Virus record (IMG/VR): IMGVR_UViG_3300046779_000186
Span: 1-35,021 of that record
Reading direction: 5' to 3' (one strand)
Source of the DNA: a virus
Lineage: Duplodnaviria > Caudoviricetes
DNA length: 35,021 nt
In this document: positions 19,005-27,591 of the stretch, in pieces
Layout: the number at the start of each line of letters is the position of its first letter
Numbering within the stretch: position 1 is the first letter of the stretch
Made by a program: the position numbers and the translations under genes
The notes under the pieces: generated by a model
Databases searched by the model: none
What the model saw: only the letters and a program-made list of their open reading frames with translations
Told to the model about the DNA's origin: nothing

Positions 19005-19181
19005 ATGAAAACGGTGAAATTAAAAAATATATTCAACGGAGAAATAGTGTTCTGTAAGGATTTAAATAATATTACAGAAGCTAACGGTACTAAATTTATT
19101 ACCGTATTCAAAGAAGAACATAGTCAAAGGACTTTCTTAGTTAATAAAGAGGCCTTTGAGATTGTAACGGATACACCTTAG
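19005..19181 (+). CDS. Small hypothetical protein (58 aa, absent from the ORF track)
   Basis: MKTVKLKNIFNGEIVFCKD...RTFLVNKEAFEIVTDTP*, directly downstream of the late promoter. Confidence 0.65.
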   Translation: MKTVKLKNIFNGEIVFCKDLNNITEANGTKFITVFKEEHSQRTFLVNKEAFEIVTDTP

Positions 19182-19350
19182 GACCGCTAAGTAACGTATC
19201 GTGGATAAAACGGTTACAACGATAGGGTAGCGCCAGAGCTCGTAACTGGCAGTCAAAAGTGGAACTCGGTCCTACTGCGACTTAATACTCCGAGGGATAG
19301 GTTACGGGACACCTACACAAGAAGTCCCACACCACGCCTTATGGGTGGTA
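19177..19350 (+). ncRNA. Candidate structured RNA / long hsp20 leader with several pseudoknots
   Basis: GC-richer noncoding tract containing many short complementary pairs (listed in findings). Confidence 0.5.
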
Positions 19351-19358
19351 AATTTTAA

Positions 19359-19383
19359 CTCGCTTAATAGGAGAAATAGCATG
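19359..19383 (+). promoter_or_regulatory. ROSE-like RNA thermometer hairpin over the hsp20 RBS
   Basis: CTCGCTT-AAT-AGGAG: the U(U/C)GCU motif pairs with the SD leaving a bulged G. Confidence 0.6.
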
Positions 19384-19845
19384 ACAACATTTCATAAATT
19401 TTTAGCCAATGACTTAAACCGTATTGCTGAACGAGCAGTTGGTTTTGACCGTATGTTTGATGTATTCGAAAATATGGTTACAGAAAAGTCAACATATCCC
19501 CATCACAATATTATTAAAACAGGTCAAGAAACTTATCTTGTAGAATTGGCAGTTGCTGGTTTTTCAGAATCAGATATTTCCATTGAACTTGAAAAGAATG
19601 TTCTACACATTCGTGGTGAAAAAGAAGAAACCGAATTCACTCAAGAATTTGAATATCTACATCGTGGTATTGCAACAAGGTCATTTCATAAGACAATTCA
19701 ATTAGCTGATACGATTGAAGTTGGTGATGCCTCATTAGAACATGGTATTCTTCGTGTGTTCTTGCAGAATATTATTCCTGAAGAAAAGAAACCAAAGAAG
19801 ATTCCAATCAAATCTTTGGGCAAAAAACAACTCTTGACTGAGTAA
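19381..19845 (+). CDS. hsp20: Small heat shock protein (Hsp20/IbpA family)
   Basis: VGFDRMF, YPHHNI, ELAVAGF, YLHRGIATRSF, GILRV and PEEKKPKKIPI motifs. Confidence 0.96.
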   Translation: MTTFHKFLANDLNRIAERAVGFDRMFDVFENMVTEKSTYPHHNIIKTGQETYLVELAVAGFSESDISIELEKNVLHIRGEKEETEFTQEFEYLHRGIATRSFHKTIQLADTIEVGDASLEHGILRVFLQNIIPEEKKPKKIPIKSLGKKQLLTE

Positions 19846-19852
19846 CCACAAT

Positions 19853-19881
19853 GGTGTGGATGTTTGCCGCATCCACACCTT
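19853..19881 (+). terminator. 10-bp hairpin after hsp20 (terminator or stabilizer)
   Basis: GGTGTGGATG-TTTGCCG-CATCCACACC; the U-tail is weak. Confidence 0.55.
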
Positions 19882-19904
19882 ACCTGTGATATAATAGTTA
19901 TATT

Positions 19905-20840
19905 ATGAAAATTGCATTGGCTTCAGACCTCCATTTAGAATTTGCAGACATCATGTTGAAAAATACTGATGGTGCTGAAGTGTTGCTTCTTGCTGGTGAT
20001 ATCTGTGTTGCAAAAGATTTGATGGAAGATGGAGCTGCATTTGCGAATAAGTCACAAAGAATTCATGATTTCTTCAAACGTTGTTGCTTTCAGTTTCCTC
20101 ATGTAATCTATGTTGTGGGTAATCACGAACACTATCACTACGATTTCAAATACACAGTATCACATTTGAAAAAGATGTTGAGTTATTTGCCTAATCTTGT
20201 TATTCTAGATACTGAAGCTTTCACATTAGGTGATGTTACGTTTATCGGTGGTACTTTGTGGACTGATATGAACAAAGAAGATTCTTTGACTATGTTCCAT
20301 GTTAAACGAGCCATGAGTGATTATCATGTGATTGAAAACAGTAATCGTATGGTTCAAAGAAAAGTTCCTTTGTATGAATTGAATCCTGATTATACCGAAG
20401 ATGGTAAGAATGGTGGAAAGTATAAACTCAATGAAAAAGGTTATGCTATTCTTATTGGTGAAAAAGTAAAAGAAGAACCTTCTAAGTTTGCACCAGAAGA
20501 TACAGTTGAGTATCACAGAAAGATGCTTGACTATATCAAAATTGTTTCATCAATGTTTAGTGAAAATACACAGAAGTATGTCGTTGTTGGACATCATGCA
20601 CCATGTAAAGCATCTACGCATCCTCGTTATAAAGAAGATGTGACGATGAATGGAGCATACAGTAGTGATTTGTCTGAGTTCATCTTAGATAGACCACATA
20701 TTAAATTGTGGGTTCATGGTCATACACATGACCCATTTGATTATATGATTGGTAGTACCAGAGTTGTTTGTAATCCTCGTGGTTATTTTGGCCACGAAAG
20801 ACAAGCAGATTTATTTGAATTAAAATATATGGAGTTATAA
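19905..20840 (+). CDS. Calcineurin-like metallophosphoesterase
   Basis: SDLHLE, AGD, GNHE, HHAP, HGHTH and NPRGY motifs. Confidence 0.92.
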   Translation: MKIALASDLHLEFADIMLKNTDGAEVLLLAGDICVAKDLMEDGAAFANKSQRIHDFFKRCCFQFPHVIYVVGNHEHYHYDFKYTVSHLKKMLSYLPNLVILDTEAFTLGDVTFIGGTLWTDMNKEDSLTMFHVKRAMSDYHVIENSNRMVQRKVPLYELNPDYTEDGKNGGKYKLNEKGYAILIGEKVKEEPSKFAPEDTVEYHRKMLDYIKIVSSMFSENTQKYVVVGHHAPCKASTHPRYKEDVTMNGAYSSDLSEFILDRPHIKLWVHGHTHDPFDYMIGSTRVVCNPRGYFGHERQADLFELKYMEL

Positions 20841-21007
20841 TGAAACCAAAAACAAGTGGAACATTCAACCTAAGCAAGTCATCAAAACGTATTCTTGCGA
20901 CCAAGACTGGACAAGATGCGATTGATTTCAAACGTCAAATGATTGATGCTGAAGTTGCTTATGCTAAGGCTAAATTGGCAAAACCACCAAAAACTAAAGG
21001 TGAATAA
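20840..21007 (+). CDS. Small basic hypothetical protein (55 aa, absent from the ORF track)
   Basis: MKPKTSGTFNLSKSSKRILA...FKRQMIDAEV...; GGAG RBS; TAATG coupling at both ends. Confidence 0.7.
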   Translation: MKPKTSGTFNLSKSSKRILATKTGQDAIDFKRQMIDAEVAYAKAKLAKPPKTKGE

Positions 21008-21450
21008 TGAAACCTAAGTTCATACCGATGTATATGTCTATTGCTGAAACTGTTGCGAAACAATCTTCAGCAAAGCGTTTACAAGTAGGCGCTATCATTG
21101 TCAAAGAAGATAGAGTTATATCTCTAGGTTACAATGGTATGCCTGCCGGTTGGACTAATGTGTGTGAAGAAGTTATTGAACAACATGAAGATGGTGGGCA
21201 ACTAACTAGAACCAAAGATGAGGTTATTCATGCAGAGGCAAATGCAATCGCTAAGTTGGCACGAAGCACTGAAGCTGGTGAGGGTTCAGAAATGTTCCTT
21301 ACTCATGCACCATGTATTCAATGTGCCAAACAAATCTTCACTGCTGGTATAAAAAAGGTATATTATCGCAATACTTACCGTGATACGAGTGGTTTGGATT
21401 TTTTAGGTAAGTGTGGAGTTGATATAGAAAAAATTGATAACATCGATTGA
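21007..21450 (+). CDS. cd: dCMP deaminase
   Basis: VGAIIV, GYNG, HAEANAI and PCIQC zinc motifs. Confidence 0.93.
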   Translation: MKPKFIPMYMSIAETVAKQSSAKRLQVGAIIVKEDRVISLGYNGMPAGWTNVCEEVIEQHEDGGQLTRTKDEVIHAEANAIAKLARSTEAGEGSEMFLTHAPCIQCAKQIFTAGIKKVYYRNTYRDTSGLDFLGKCGVDIEKIDNID

Positions 21451-21489
21451 AAAATATCATTAGACAAATAAGCGAAATAGTGATAAACT
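21424..21489 (+). promoter_or_regulatory. OxyR-type operator plus sigma70 promoter of ahpCD
   Basis: ATAG-N7-TGAT-N7-ATTG-N7-TCAT (21424-21460) abutting TAGACA-N17-TAAACT. Confidence 0.65.
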
Positions 21490-21539
21490 ATGAATAAGTA
21501 ATACTATTAGATTATTACTATTAACTTTAAGGAGAAATT

Positions 21540-22109
21540 ATGAAAACAGTAGGCGATAAATTAGGTTCATTTAATATTACGGGTGTGAAACCTGGTCAAA
21601 AAGGTGAGTTCTTTGATATCACAGAAGAATCATTTCCAGGTAAATGGAAAGTAATTGTTTATTATCCAAAAGATTTCACATTCGTATGTCCAACAGAAAT
21701 CGTTGCGTATGATAAGTTATTTACTGACTTTGAGGACCGTGATGCAGTATTGCTCACAGGTTCAACAGATAATGAGTTCTGTAAAGTGGCTTGGCAATCA
21801 GCACATGAAGATTTGAAGAAAATCAAACATATTCAATTTGCTGATACACAGAGAACATCAACCTATGACCAATCAACGGACAGATATGTTGAGGGTTCAT
21901 TGGTAGAACAGTTAGGTGTATTCTTTAACCCAGCGGGTGCAGCTCTTCGTGCTACATTCATTGTGGATCCTGATAATGTTATTCAACACGTTACAGTAAA
22001 CAACTTGAATGTTGGTCGTTCACCAGAAGAAACTCTCCGTGTTTTGGATGCATTACAGACAGGTGAGAAATGTGCTTGTAACCGAACAATCGGTGGTGAA
22101 ACATTATGA
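21540..22109 (+). CDS. ahpC: Peroxiredoxin AhpC
   Basis: YPKDFTFVCPTEI, RATFIVDP, VGRSPEETLRVLDALQ and C-terminal CAC motifs. Confidence 0.96.
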   Translation: MKTVGDKLGSFNITGVKPGQKGEFFDITEESFPGKWKVIVYYPKDFTFVCPTEIVAYDKLFTDFEDRDAVLLTGSTDNEFCKVAWQSAHEDLKKIKHIQFADTQRTSTYDQSTDRYVEGSLVEQLGVFFNPAGAALRATFIVDPDNVIQHVTVNNLNVGRSPEETLRVLDALQTGEKCACNRTIGGETL

Positions 22110-22618
22110 GTTGGGTAGATTCCATCAAAGAAGCACTACCTGAATATGCGAAAGATACAAAACTAAATTTAGACTCCGTTATCAATCGCAGTTCAATTCC
22201 AGTAGATGAGGCACATGGTATTGCACTTGCAGCCGCCATGTCCTCTGGTAATGGTAAATTGGTTACATTCATCGCATCCGATTTCTTGGATGAAAAAGAG
22301 CGTGACGCTGCTATGACCGCTTCTAGTTTGATGACTATGACCAACACTTGGTACCCATTCGTTGAGATGGCAGAGGATCCTAATCTTAGTGGTCTTCCTC
22401 CACAATTACGTATGAATGCCATTAGCACTCATGGTGGTACAACTAAAGGTAGATTTGAGGCATATTCACTTGCAGCTTCTATCGTTGGTAAATGCCATTT
22501 CTGTGTGAAGGCACATTACGATACATTGAAGAAAGAAGGATATTCAGTAGAACAGTTACGAGATATCGGCAGAATTGCTTCAGTTATCAACAGTGTTGCC
22601 AAGGTTTTGAATAGTTAA
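22106..22618 (+). CDS. ahpD: Alkylhydroperoxidase AhpD
   Basis: LPEYAKDTKLNL, LRMN and SLAASIVGKCHFCVKAH (CxxC) motifs; coupled to ahpC. Confidence 0.95.
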   Translation: MSWVDSIKEALPEYAKDTKLNLDSVINRSSIPVDEAHGIALAAAMSSGNGKLVTFIASDFLDEKERDAAMTASSLMTMTNTWYPFVEMAEDPNLSGLPPQLRMNAISTHGGTTKGRFEAYSLAASIVGKCHFCVKAHYDTLKKEGYSVEQLRDIGRIASVINSVAKVLNS

Positions 22619-22637
22619 GAACTATATATTAGTAGGT

Positions 22638-22662
22638 GGCCAAGATTCTTTCTTGGCCTTTT
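22638..22662 (+). terminator. Terminator after ahpD
   Basis: GGCCAAGA-TTCTT-TCTTGGCC-TTTT. Confidence 0.8.
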
Positions 22663-22666
22663 CAGT

Positions 22667-22743
22667 AGCGGGATAGCTCAGTCTGGTAGAGCGATGGACT
22701 CATAATCCATAGGTCGTTGGTTCGAATCCTTCTCCCGCAACCA
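22667..22743 (+). tRNA. tRNA-Met(CAT), initiator-like
   Basis: GCGGGA/TCCCGC acceptor with a 1:72 mismatch, D-arm GCTC/GAGC, ATGGA-CTCATAA-TCCAT, GGTTCGAATCC and encoded CCA. Confidence 0.9.
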
Positions 22744-22756
22744 ACAAAGGATTATT

Positions 22757-23107
22757 ATGAGTATGTCATTGGATGTCGCAGTCTTTCTAAAGGCTTGTGA
22801 CCAAGAATCTTCCCCCGAAAATGCAGAGTTGTATGCTAAACTAATCAAAGAAGAATTTGAGGAGTTTTGTGTTGCTCGTAGGGAGAATGATGAAGTAGAA
22901 CAACTAGATGCTTGCATGGACATGATTTGGGTTATACTAGGTTATGCTCACATGAAAGGATATAAAGTTGACGCCGCATGGAATGAAGTTGCTCGTTCCA
23001 ATCTTGCGAAAATTGATACCGCAACTGGTAAAGTGCATAAACGTGAAGATGGTAAGGTATTAAAACCTGAAGGTTGGAAACCACCAGAACTTGGCGGATA
23101 TGTTTAG
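22757..23107 (+). CDS. MazG-like NTP pyrophosphohydrolase
   Basis: LIKEEFEE, EQLDACMD, EVARSNLAK and REDGKVLKPEGW motifs. Confidence 0.88.
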   Translation: MSMSLDVAVFLKACDQESSPENAELYAKLIKEEFEEFCVARRENDEVEQLDACMDMIWVILGYAHMKGYKVDAAWNEVARSNLAKIDTATGKVHKREDGKVLKPEGWKPPELGGYV

Positions 23108-23114
23108 GAGTTAT

Positions 23115-23339
23115 ATGAATACGTTTAGATTAGCTAAACAAATTGCTGAAGAGCTTAAGTTGCCACGTGCAGTTAAGTATGATTTGTTTCTACGTGAGTT
23201 TGATAATCAAGTGGAAATTGTTGGGTTAGTTGATGACCCTAATTATGACATGAAGGATTTTCAAGGCCGTGAAATGTTATTCCCTAAAAAATGGGTAACT
23301 ATTGGTGTTGTAGATGCTTCTTATGAGGTGAAAGTATGA
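23115..23339 (+). CDS. Hypothetical protein
   Basis: AGGAG RBS before ATG 23115; ATGA coupling to the next gene. Confidence 0.7.
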   Translation: MNTFRLAKQIAEELKLPRAVKYDLFLREFDNQVEIVGLVDDPNYDMKDFQGREMLFPKKWVTIGVVDASYEVKV

Positions 23340-23632
23340 GTATTAAATTAATTACATTTAAAACAAACCAAACTGTCATGGCTGAAGTTACTGAAGTTGG
23401 TGATACGGTTAAGGCAAAACAAACTGTTCAAGTTGTGGTTCAACCACAAAATGGGCAACCAATGATGGGTTTTGTTCCTTTCTTAGAATATACCGAAGAA
23501 TTTAAAAACGGTATCGAGTTTAATAAATCGGACATTCTTACCATTAACACACCAGTTAGAGAACTAGAAAACGAATACAATCGTTTATTCGGTAGTGGTA
23601 TTGAAATTGCCTCTTCTATTCCAAAAATTTGA
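23336..23632 (+). CDS. Conserved small T4-like phage protein
   Basis: IKLITFK...MGFVPF...P.RELENEYNRLFGSGI pattern; loosely similar in layout to 3622-4062. Confidence 0.7.
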   Translation: MSIKLITFKTNQTVMAEVTEVGDTVKAKQTVQVVVQPQNGQPMMGFVPFLEYTEEFKNGIEFNKSDILTINTPVRELENEYNRLFGSGIEIASSIPKI

Positions 23633-23644
23633 TATAATGATTGA

Positions 23645-26182
23645 ATGACAAAATTCTACACAAACGTTCTTTGTGTTGGTAATAACATTCTTTATAGAGG
23701 TGTAAAAGACGGTCGGCGAATTAAGTTGAAAATTGCTTATGAGCCGACTTTGTATTTACCGTCTAAGAAACCAACACAATTCAAATCCCTTCTCGGCGAA
23801 TATCTTGAGCCTATGAAGTTTGAAAATATCCGTGAGTGCCGTGATTTTAATAAACGGTATGAAGAAGTTGGAAATTTCAAAATTTATGGCAACTCTAATT
23901 ACCCATATGCCTTTATTGCTGATGAGCATAAAGGTATGGTTGAATGGGACCAAGATTTAATATCTACTGCTGTAATCGATATTGAGGTTGGTTCTGAGAA
24001 TGGATTCCCTGACCCTTATATCGCACAAGAACCTATCACCGCTATTTGTATCAAATATGTTGGTGGTGAAACTGTTGTCTTTGGTTGTGGTGACTACAAT
24101 AAACAAGGTGATGAAATCTATATTCAGTGTAAAGATGAAGTTACTTTGATTAAAAAGTTTCTACAAATGTGGCAAGATAGATGTCCTGATATTATTTCTG
24201 GTTGGAATATTAAGTTCTTTGATATACCATATATCTACAATCGTACCACTCGTTTGTTGGGTGAAGATGAAGCTAAGAAGTTATCTCCTTGGAACATTGT
24301 CAATCAACGTAAAGTGATGGCGATGGGTCGTGAGAATATTGCTTACGAGATGTTGGGTGTTGCAACTTGGGACTATATTGAACTATACAGATGGTATGCG
24401 CCAGGTGGTAAATCACAAGAATCATATAAGTTAGATAATATTGCCAACGTAGAAATTGGTGAGAATAAACTATCTTATGATGAGTATGATAACTTACATC
24501 AATTGTATCGTTTAAACTATCAAAAGTTTATTGAATATAACATCAAAGACGTTGAATTGATTTTACGACTTGATGAGAAGTTGAAACTATTTGAGTTGGG
24601 TTTAACTCTGGCTTATGATACTAAAACTAACTATGAAGATATCTTTGCTCAAACAAGAATGTGGGACTCTCTAATCTATTCTTACCTGATTGAGAAGAAC
24701 ATTGTTGTACCACCAAAAATTATCAGTCAAAAAGATGATAGATTTGAGGGTGCTTATGTTAAAGACCCACAAGTTGGTCGACACGATTGGGTTGCATCAT
24801 TTGACTTGAACTCATTGTATCCGCATTTGATGATGCAGTATAATATTTCACCTGAAATGATTGTTGAACCTGCCGATTATACGGATGAGATGCGTAAAAT
24901 CATTCAGCGTGGAGTTTCTGTTGATAAGTTATTAAACAAAGAAGTTGATTTGTCGGGTCTTAATGGTGTCACTCTTACACCAAATGGTCAGTTCTTCCGT
25001 ACCGAACAACAAGGCTTCTTACCTAAAATGTTACAGGAGATGTATGAGGATAGAAAAGTTTATAAGAAGAAAATGTTGGGGGCAAAAGCTGAGTATGAAA
25101 AAGAAACAGACCCAACGAAGAAGTATGAAATCAAGAAACGAATTGCTCGTTACGATAACTTACAGTTAGCAAAGAAAGTTTCTCTGAACTCAGCTTATGG
25201 TGCCATGGGCTCACAGTATTTCAGATTCTATGATTTACGACAAGCTCTCGGCGTAACAACTGCTGGTCAATTGTCTATCCGTTGGATTGAAAACAAGTTG
25301 AATCAGTTTATGAACAATTTAATAGGAAGTAAGAATGTTGACTATGTTATTGCGAGTGATACTGACAGTATCTATCTACGCCTTGGAGAACTTGTCAGTA
25401 AGTTTGGTTACGATAAACTGGACTCTGCAACCAAAACAATCGGAATCATGGATAAGATATGTGAGCAGAAGATTCAACCGTTCATTGATACGAGTTATCA
25501 GGAGTTGGCTCAATACGTTAAAGCATTTGAACAAAAGATGCAAATGAAACGAGAAGGTCTTTCAGATAAAGGTATCTGGACTGCCAAGAAGCGTTATATT
25601 CTAAACGTGTATAACAACGAAGGTGTTCAGTATGCCGAACCTCAAATGAAAGTAATGGGTTTAGAGATGGTTAAATCATCCACACCTAGTGCTATCCGTG
25701 AGAAGATGAAAGAAACTATCTTGTTGATGCTTCGTGGTACAGAAGAAGATGTGCAAAACTTTATTGAGAATTTCCGTAAAGAATTTAAGACATTGCCTCC
25801 AGAAGAAATTAGTTTCCCTCGTGGTTTAAATGGCCTTAAAGAATATTCTGATTCTGTAATGTTGTATAAGAAAGGCACACCAATTCATGTTAAAGGTGCT
25901 ATTCTTTACAATCACTATCTCAAACAGAAAGGTTTGACTAAACAATATCCGTTAATCCAAGAAGGTGAGAAGTTAAAGTTTACATATCTGAAACAGCCAA
26001 ACCCATTTAAAGACACAGTGATTTCATATCCTGTTCGTTTACCTAAAGAGTTTGGTATACATGATTTTATTGATTATGATATGCAGTTTGATAAGGCATA
26101 CTTAGAACCAGTTAAAATTATTTTGGGTTGTATTGGATGGAACCACGAGAAAGTAAGTTCTTTGGATGGTTTCTTTGCATAA
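23645..26182 (+). CDS. gp43: Family B DNA polymerase gp43
   Basis: DIEV exonuclease, SFDLNSLYP, KVSLNSAYG, SDTDS and KKRY motifs; C-terminal SLDGFF clamp motif. No intein or intron seen. Confidence 0.98.
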   Translation: MTKFYTNVLCVGNNILYRGVKDGRRIKLKIAYEPTLYLPSKKPTQFKSLLGEYLEPMKFENIRECRDFNKRYEEVGNFKIYGNSNYPYAFIADEHKGMVEWDQDLISTAVIDIEVGSENGFPDPYIAQEPITAICIKYVGGETVVFGCGDYNKQGDEIYIQCKDEVTLIKKFLQMWQDRCPDIISGWNIKFFDIPYIYNRTTRLLGEDEAKKLSPWNIVNQRKVMAMGRENIAYEMLGVATWDYIELYRWYAPGGKSQESYKLDNIANVEIGENKLSYDEYDNLHQLYRLNYQKFIEYNIKDVELILRLDEKLKLFELGLTLAYDTKTNYEDIFAQTRMWDSLIYSYLIEKNIVVPPKIISQKDDRFEGAYVKDPQVGRHDWVASFDLNSLYPHLMMQYNISPEMIVEPADYTDEMRKIIQRGVSVDKLLNKEVDLSGLNGVTLTPNGQFFRTEQQGFLPKMLQEMYEDRKVYKKKMLGAKAEYEKETDPTKKYEIKKRIARYDNLQLAKKVSLNSAYGAMGSQYFRFYDLRQALGVTTAGQLSIRWIENKLNQFMNNLIGSKNVDYVIASDTDSIYLRLGELVSKFGYDKLDSATKTIGIMDKICEQKIQPFIDTSYQELAQYVKAFEQKMQMKREGLSDKGIWTAKKRYILNVYNNEGVQYAEPQMKVMGLEMVKSSTPSAIREKMKETILLMLRGTEEDVQNFIENFRKEFKTLPPEEISFPRGLNGLKEYSDSVMLYKKGTPIHVKGAILYNHYLKQKGLTKQYPLIQEGEKLKFTYLKQPNPFKDTVISYPVRLPKEFGIHDFIDYDMQFDKAYLEPVKIILGCIGWNHEKVSSLDGFFA

Positions 26183-26190
26183 ATAAAAAT

Positions 26191-26212
26191 AGTGGGGTAG
26201 TTCCCCACTTTA
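26191..26212 (+). terminator. Hairpin between gp43 and uvsX
   Basis: AGTGGGG-TAGTT-CCCCACT-TT; a late-promoter-like CATAAATA lies at 26178-26185. Confidence 0.55.
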
Positions 26213-26240
26213 AAACAATCAACAACATAAAGGAGTTACA

Positions 26241-27305
26241 ATGAGTTTATTAGAAAAAATGAGAAAAGTGGGCTCTATCAAATCGGTAGAACTACTAAGT
26301 GAATCAACTTTCTTCAACAAGAAAGAAGTAGTACCAACAGAAGTGCCAATTATCAACATGGCATTATCTGGTGAAATTGATGGTGGTTTGACCTCAGGTC
26401 TTACATTCCTTGCTGGACCATCAAAGCATTTCAAATCTCTCCTTGGTTTAATTATGGTAAAGTCCTATATGGACAAGTATAAAGATGCCATCTGTCTATT
26501 CTATGATTCAGAATTCGGTATCACACCAGACTATATTAAAACCAACGGCATTGATACAGACCGAGTTTTACATATTCCTATTGAACACTTAGAACAATTA
26601 AAGTTTGATATCTCTAAGCGTTTAGAGGCAATTGAACGTGGTGATAAAGTAATTATCTTTATCGATTCAGTGGGTAATTTGGCTTCAAAGAAAGAAGTTG
26701 AAGATGCACTTGATGAAAAATCAGTTGCTGATATGTCACGAGCTCGTGTTATGAAATCATTGTGGCGTATCGTTACACCACATTTAACAACAAAAGATAT
26801 TCCTTGTATCGCAGTTAATCATACTTACCAAACTATGGAAATGTTTAGTAAGTCTGTTATGTCAGGTGGTACAGGCGGTATGTATTCTGCTAATCAAGTA
26901 TTCATCATCGGTAAAGCACAAGAAAAAGATGGTACTGATTTAGTTGGTTGGAATTTCACAATCAATATTGAGAAGTCCCGTTTTGTCCGTGAAAAATCTA
27001 AATTCCCATTCTTGGTAACATTTGAAGGTGGTATTCAGAAATATTCTGGTTTGATGGAGATTGCACTTGAAGGTGGCTTTGTAACTAAACCATCAAATGG
27101 TTGGTTTGCCAAAGTTGATAAAGACACAGGTGAAATTGGTGAGAAGAAAAGAATGGCGGACACTTTAAGTGCCGAATTCTGGGATTCTATTTTAAACAAT
27201 CAGGAATTTAAAGATTATGTTAAAGCAAAATACGCAATCGCTTATGGCAGCCTTATGGGAGAAGATCCTGTTTTGGAAGAAGCCGAAGAATCCGATTCTG
27301 AATAA
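26241..27305 (+). CDS. uvsX: RecA-like recombinase UvsX
   Basis: AGPSKHFKS, YDSEFG, IDSVGNLASKKE and VADMSRA motifs. Confidence 0.96.
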   Translation: MSLLEKMRKVGSIKSVELLSESTFFNKKEVVPTEVPIINMALSGEIDGGLTSGLTFLAGPSKHFKSLLGLIMVKSYMDKYKDAICLFYDSEFGITPDYIKTNGIDTDRVLHIPIEHLEQLKFDISKRLEAIERGDKVIIFIDSVGNLASKKEVEDALDEKSVADMSRARVMKSLWRIVTPHLTTKDIPCIAVNHTYQTMEMFSKSVMSGGTGGMYSANQVFIIGKAQEKDGTDLVGWNFTINIEKSRFVREKSKFPFLVTFEGGIQKYSGLMEIALEGGFVTKPSNGWFAKVDKDTGEIGEKKRMADTLSAEFWDSILNNQEFKDYVKAKYAIAYGSLMGEDPVLEEAEESDSE

Positions 27306-27591
27306 AGACTATCAATTCTATAATTTGCCTGAAAGTGACCTCACGGGTATTCGCCTCTTAACTGGCGATTACCGTGGGGTAATTTATTTGTATGGTCGTG
27401 TGGGCATAGAAGAAAAGGGTGTAGTTGCCTCATTACAGTTTGATTATAATGTAATTGATGCCGGCAATCACACTAAAGAAAGCTTGCAATCTGATGATAA
27501 TTTTGTTACAATCATTGGAGATATATTGAGAGAGTTATTAATTAATGGACAGACTAGAACAATCGATACTGAAGAATCTGATTTACAATGA
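27244..27591 (+). CDS. Small conserved protein between uvsX and gp41 (start uncertain)
   Basis: IRLLTGDYRGVIYLYGRV...LQFDY...IGDIL; occupies the T4 gp40 slot and overlaps both neighbours. Confidence 0.65.
   Translation: MAALWEKILFWKKPKNPILNKDYQFYNLPESDLTGIRLLTGDYRGVIYLYGRVGIEEKGVVASLQFDYNVIDAGNHTKESLQSDDNFVTIIGDILRELLINGQTRTIDTEESDLQ

Noticed and set aside
19177-19350. tmRNA, or a known riboswitch/ribozyme (preQ1, hammerhead, twister, pistol)
   Set aside because: No tRNA-Ala-like ends or tag ORF, and I could not find the conserved cores; left as unassigned structured RNA.
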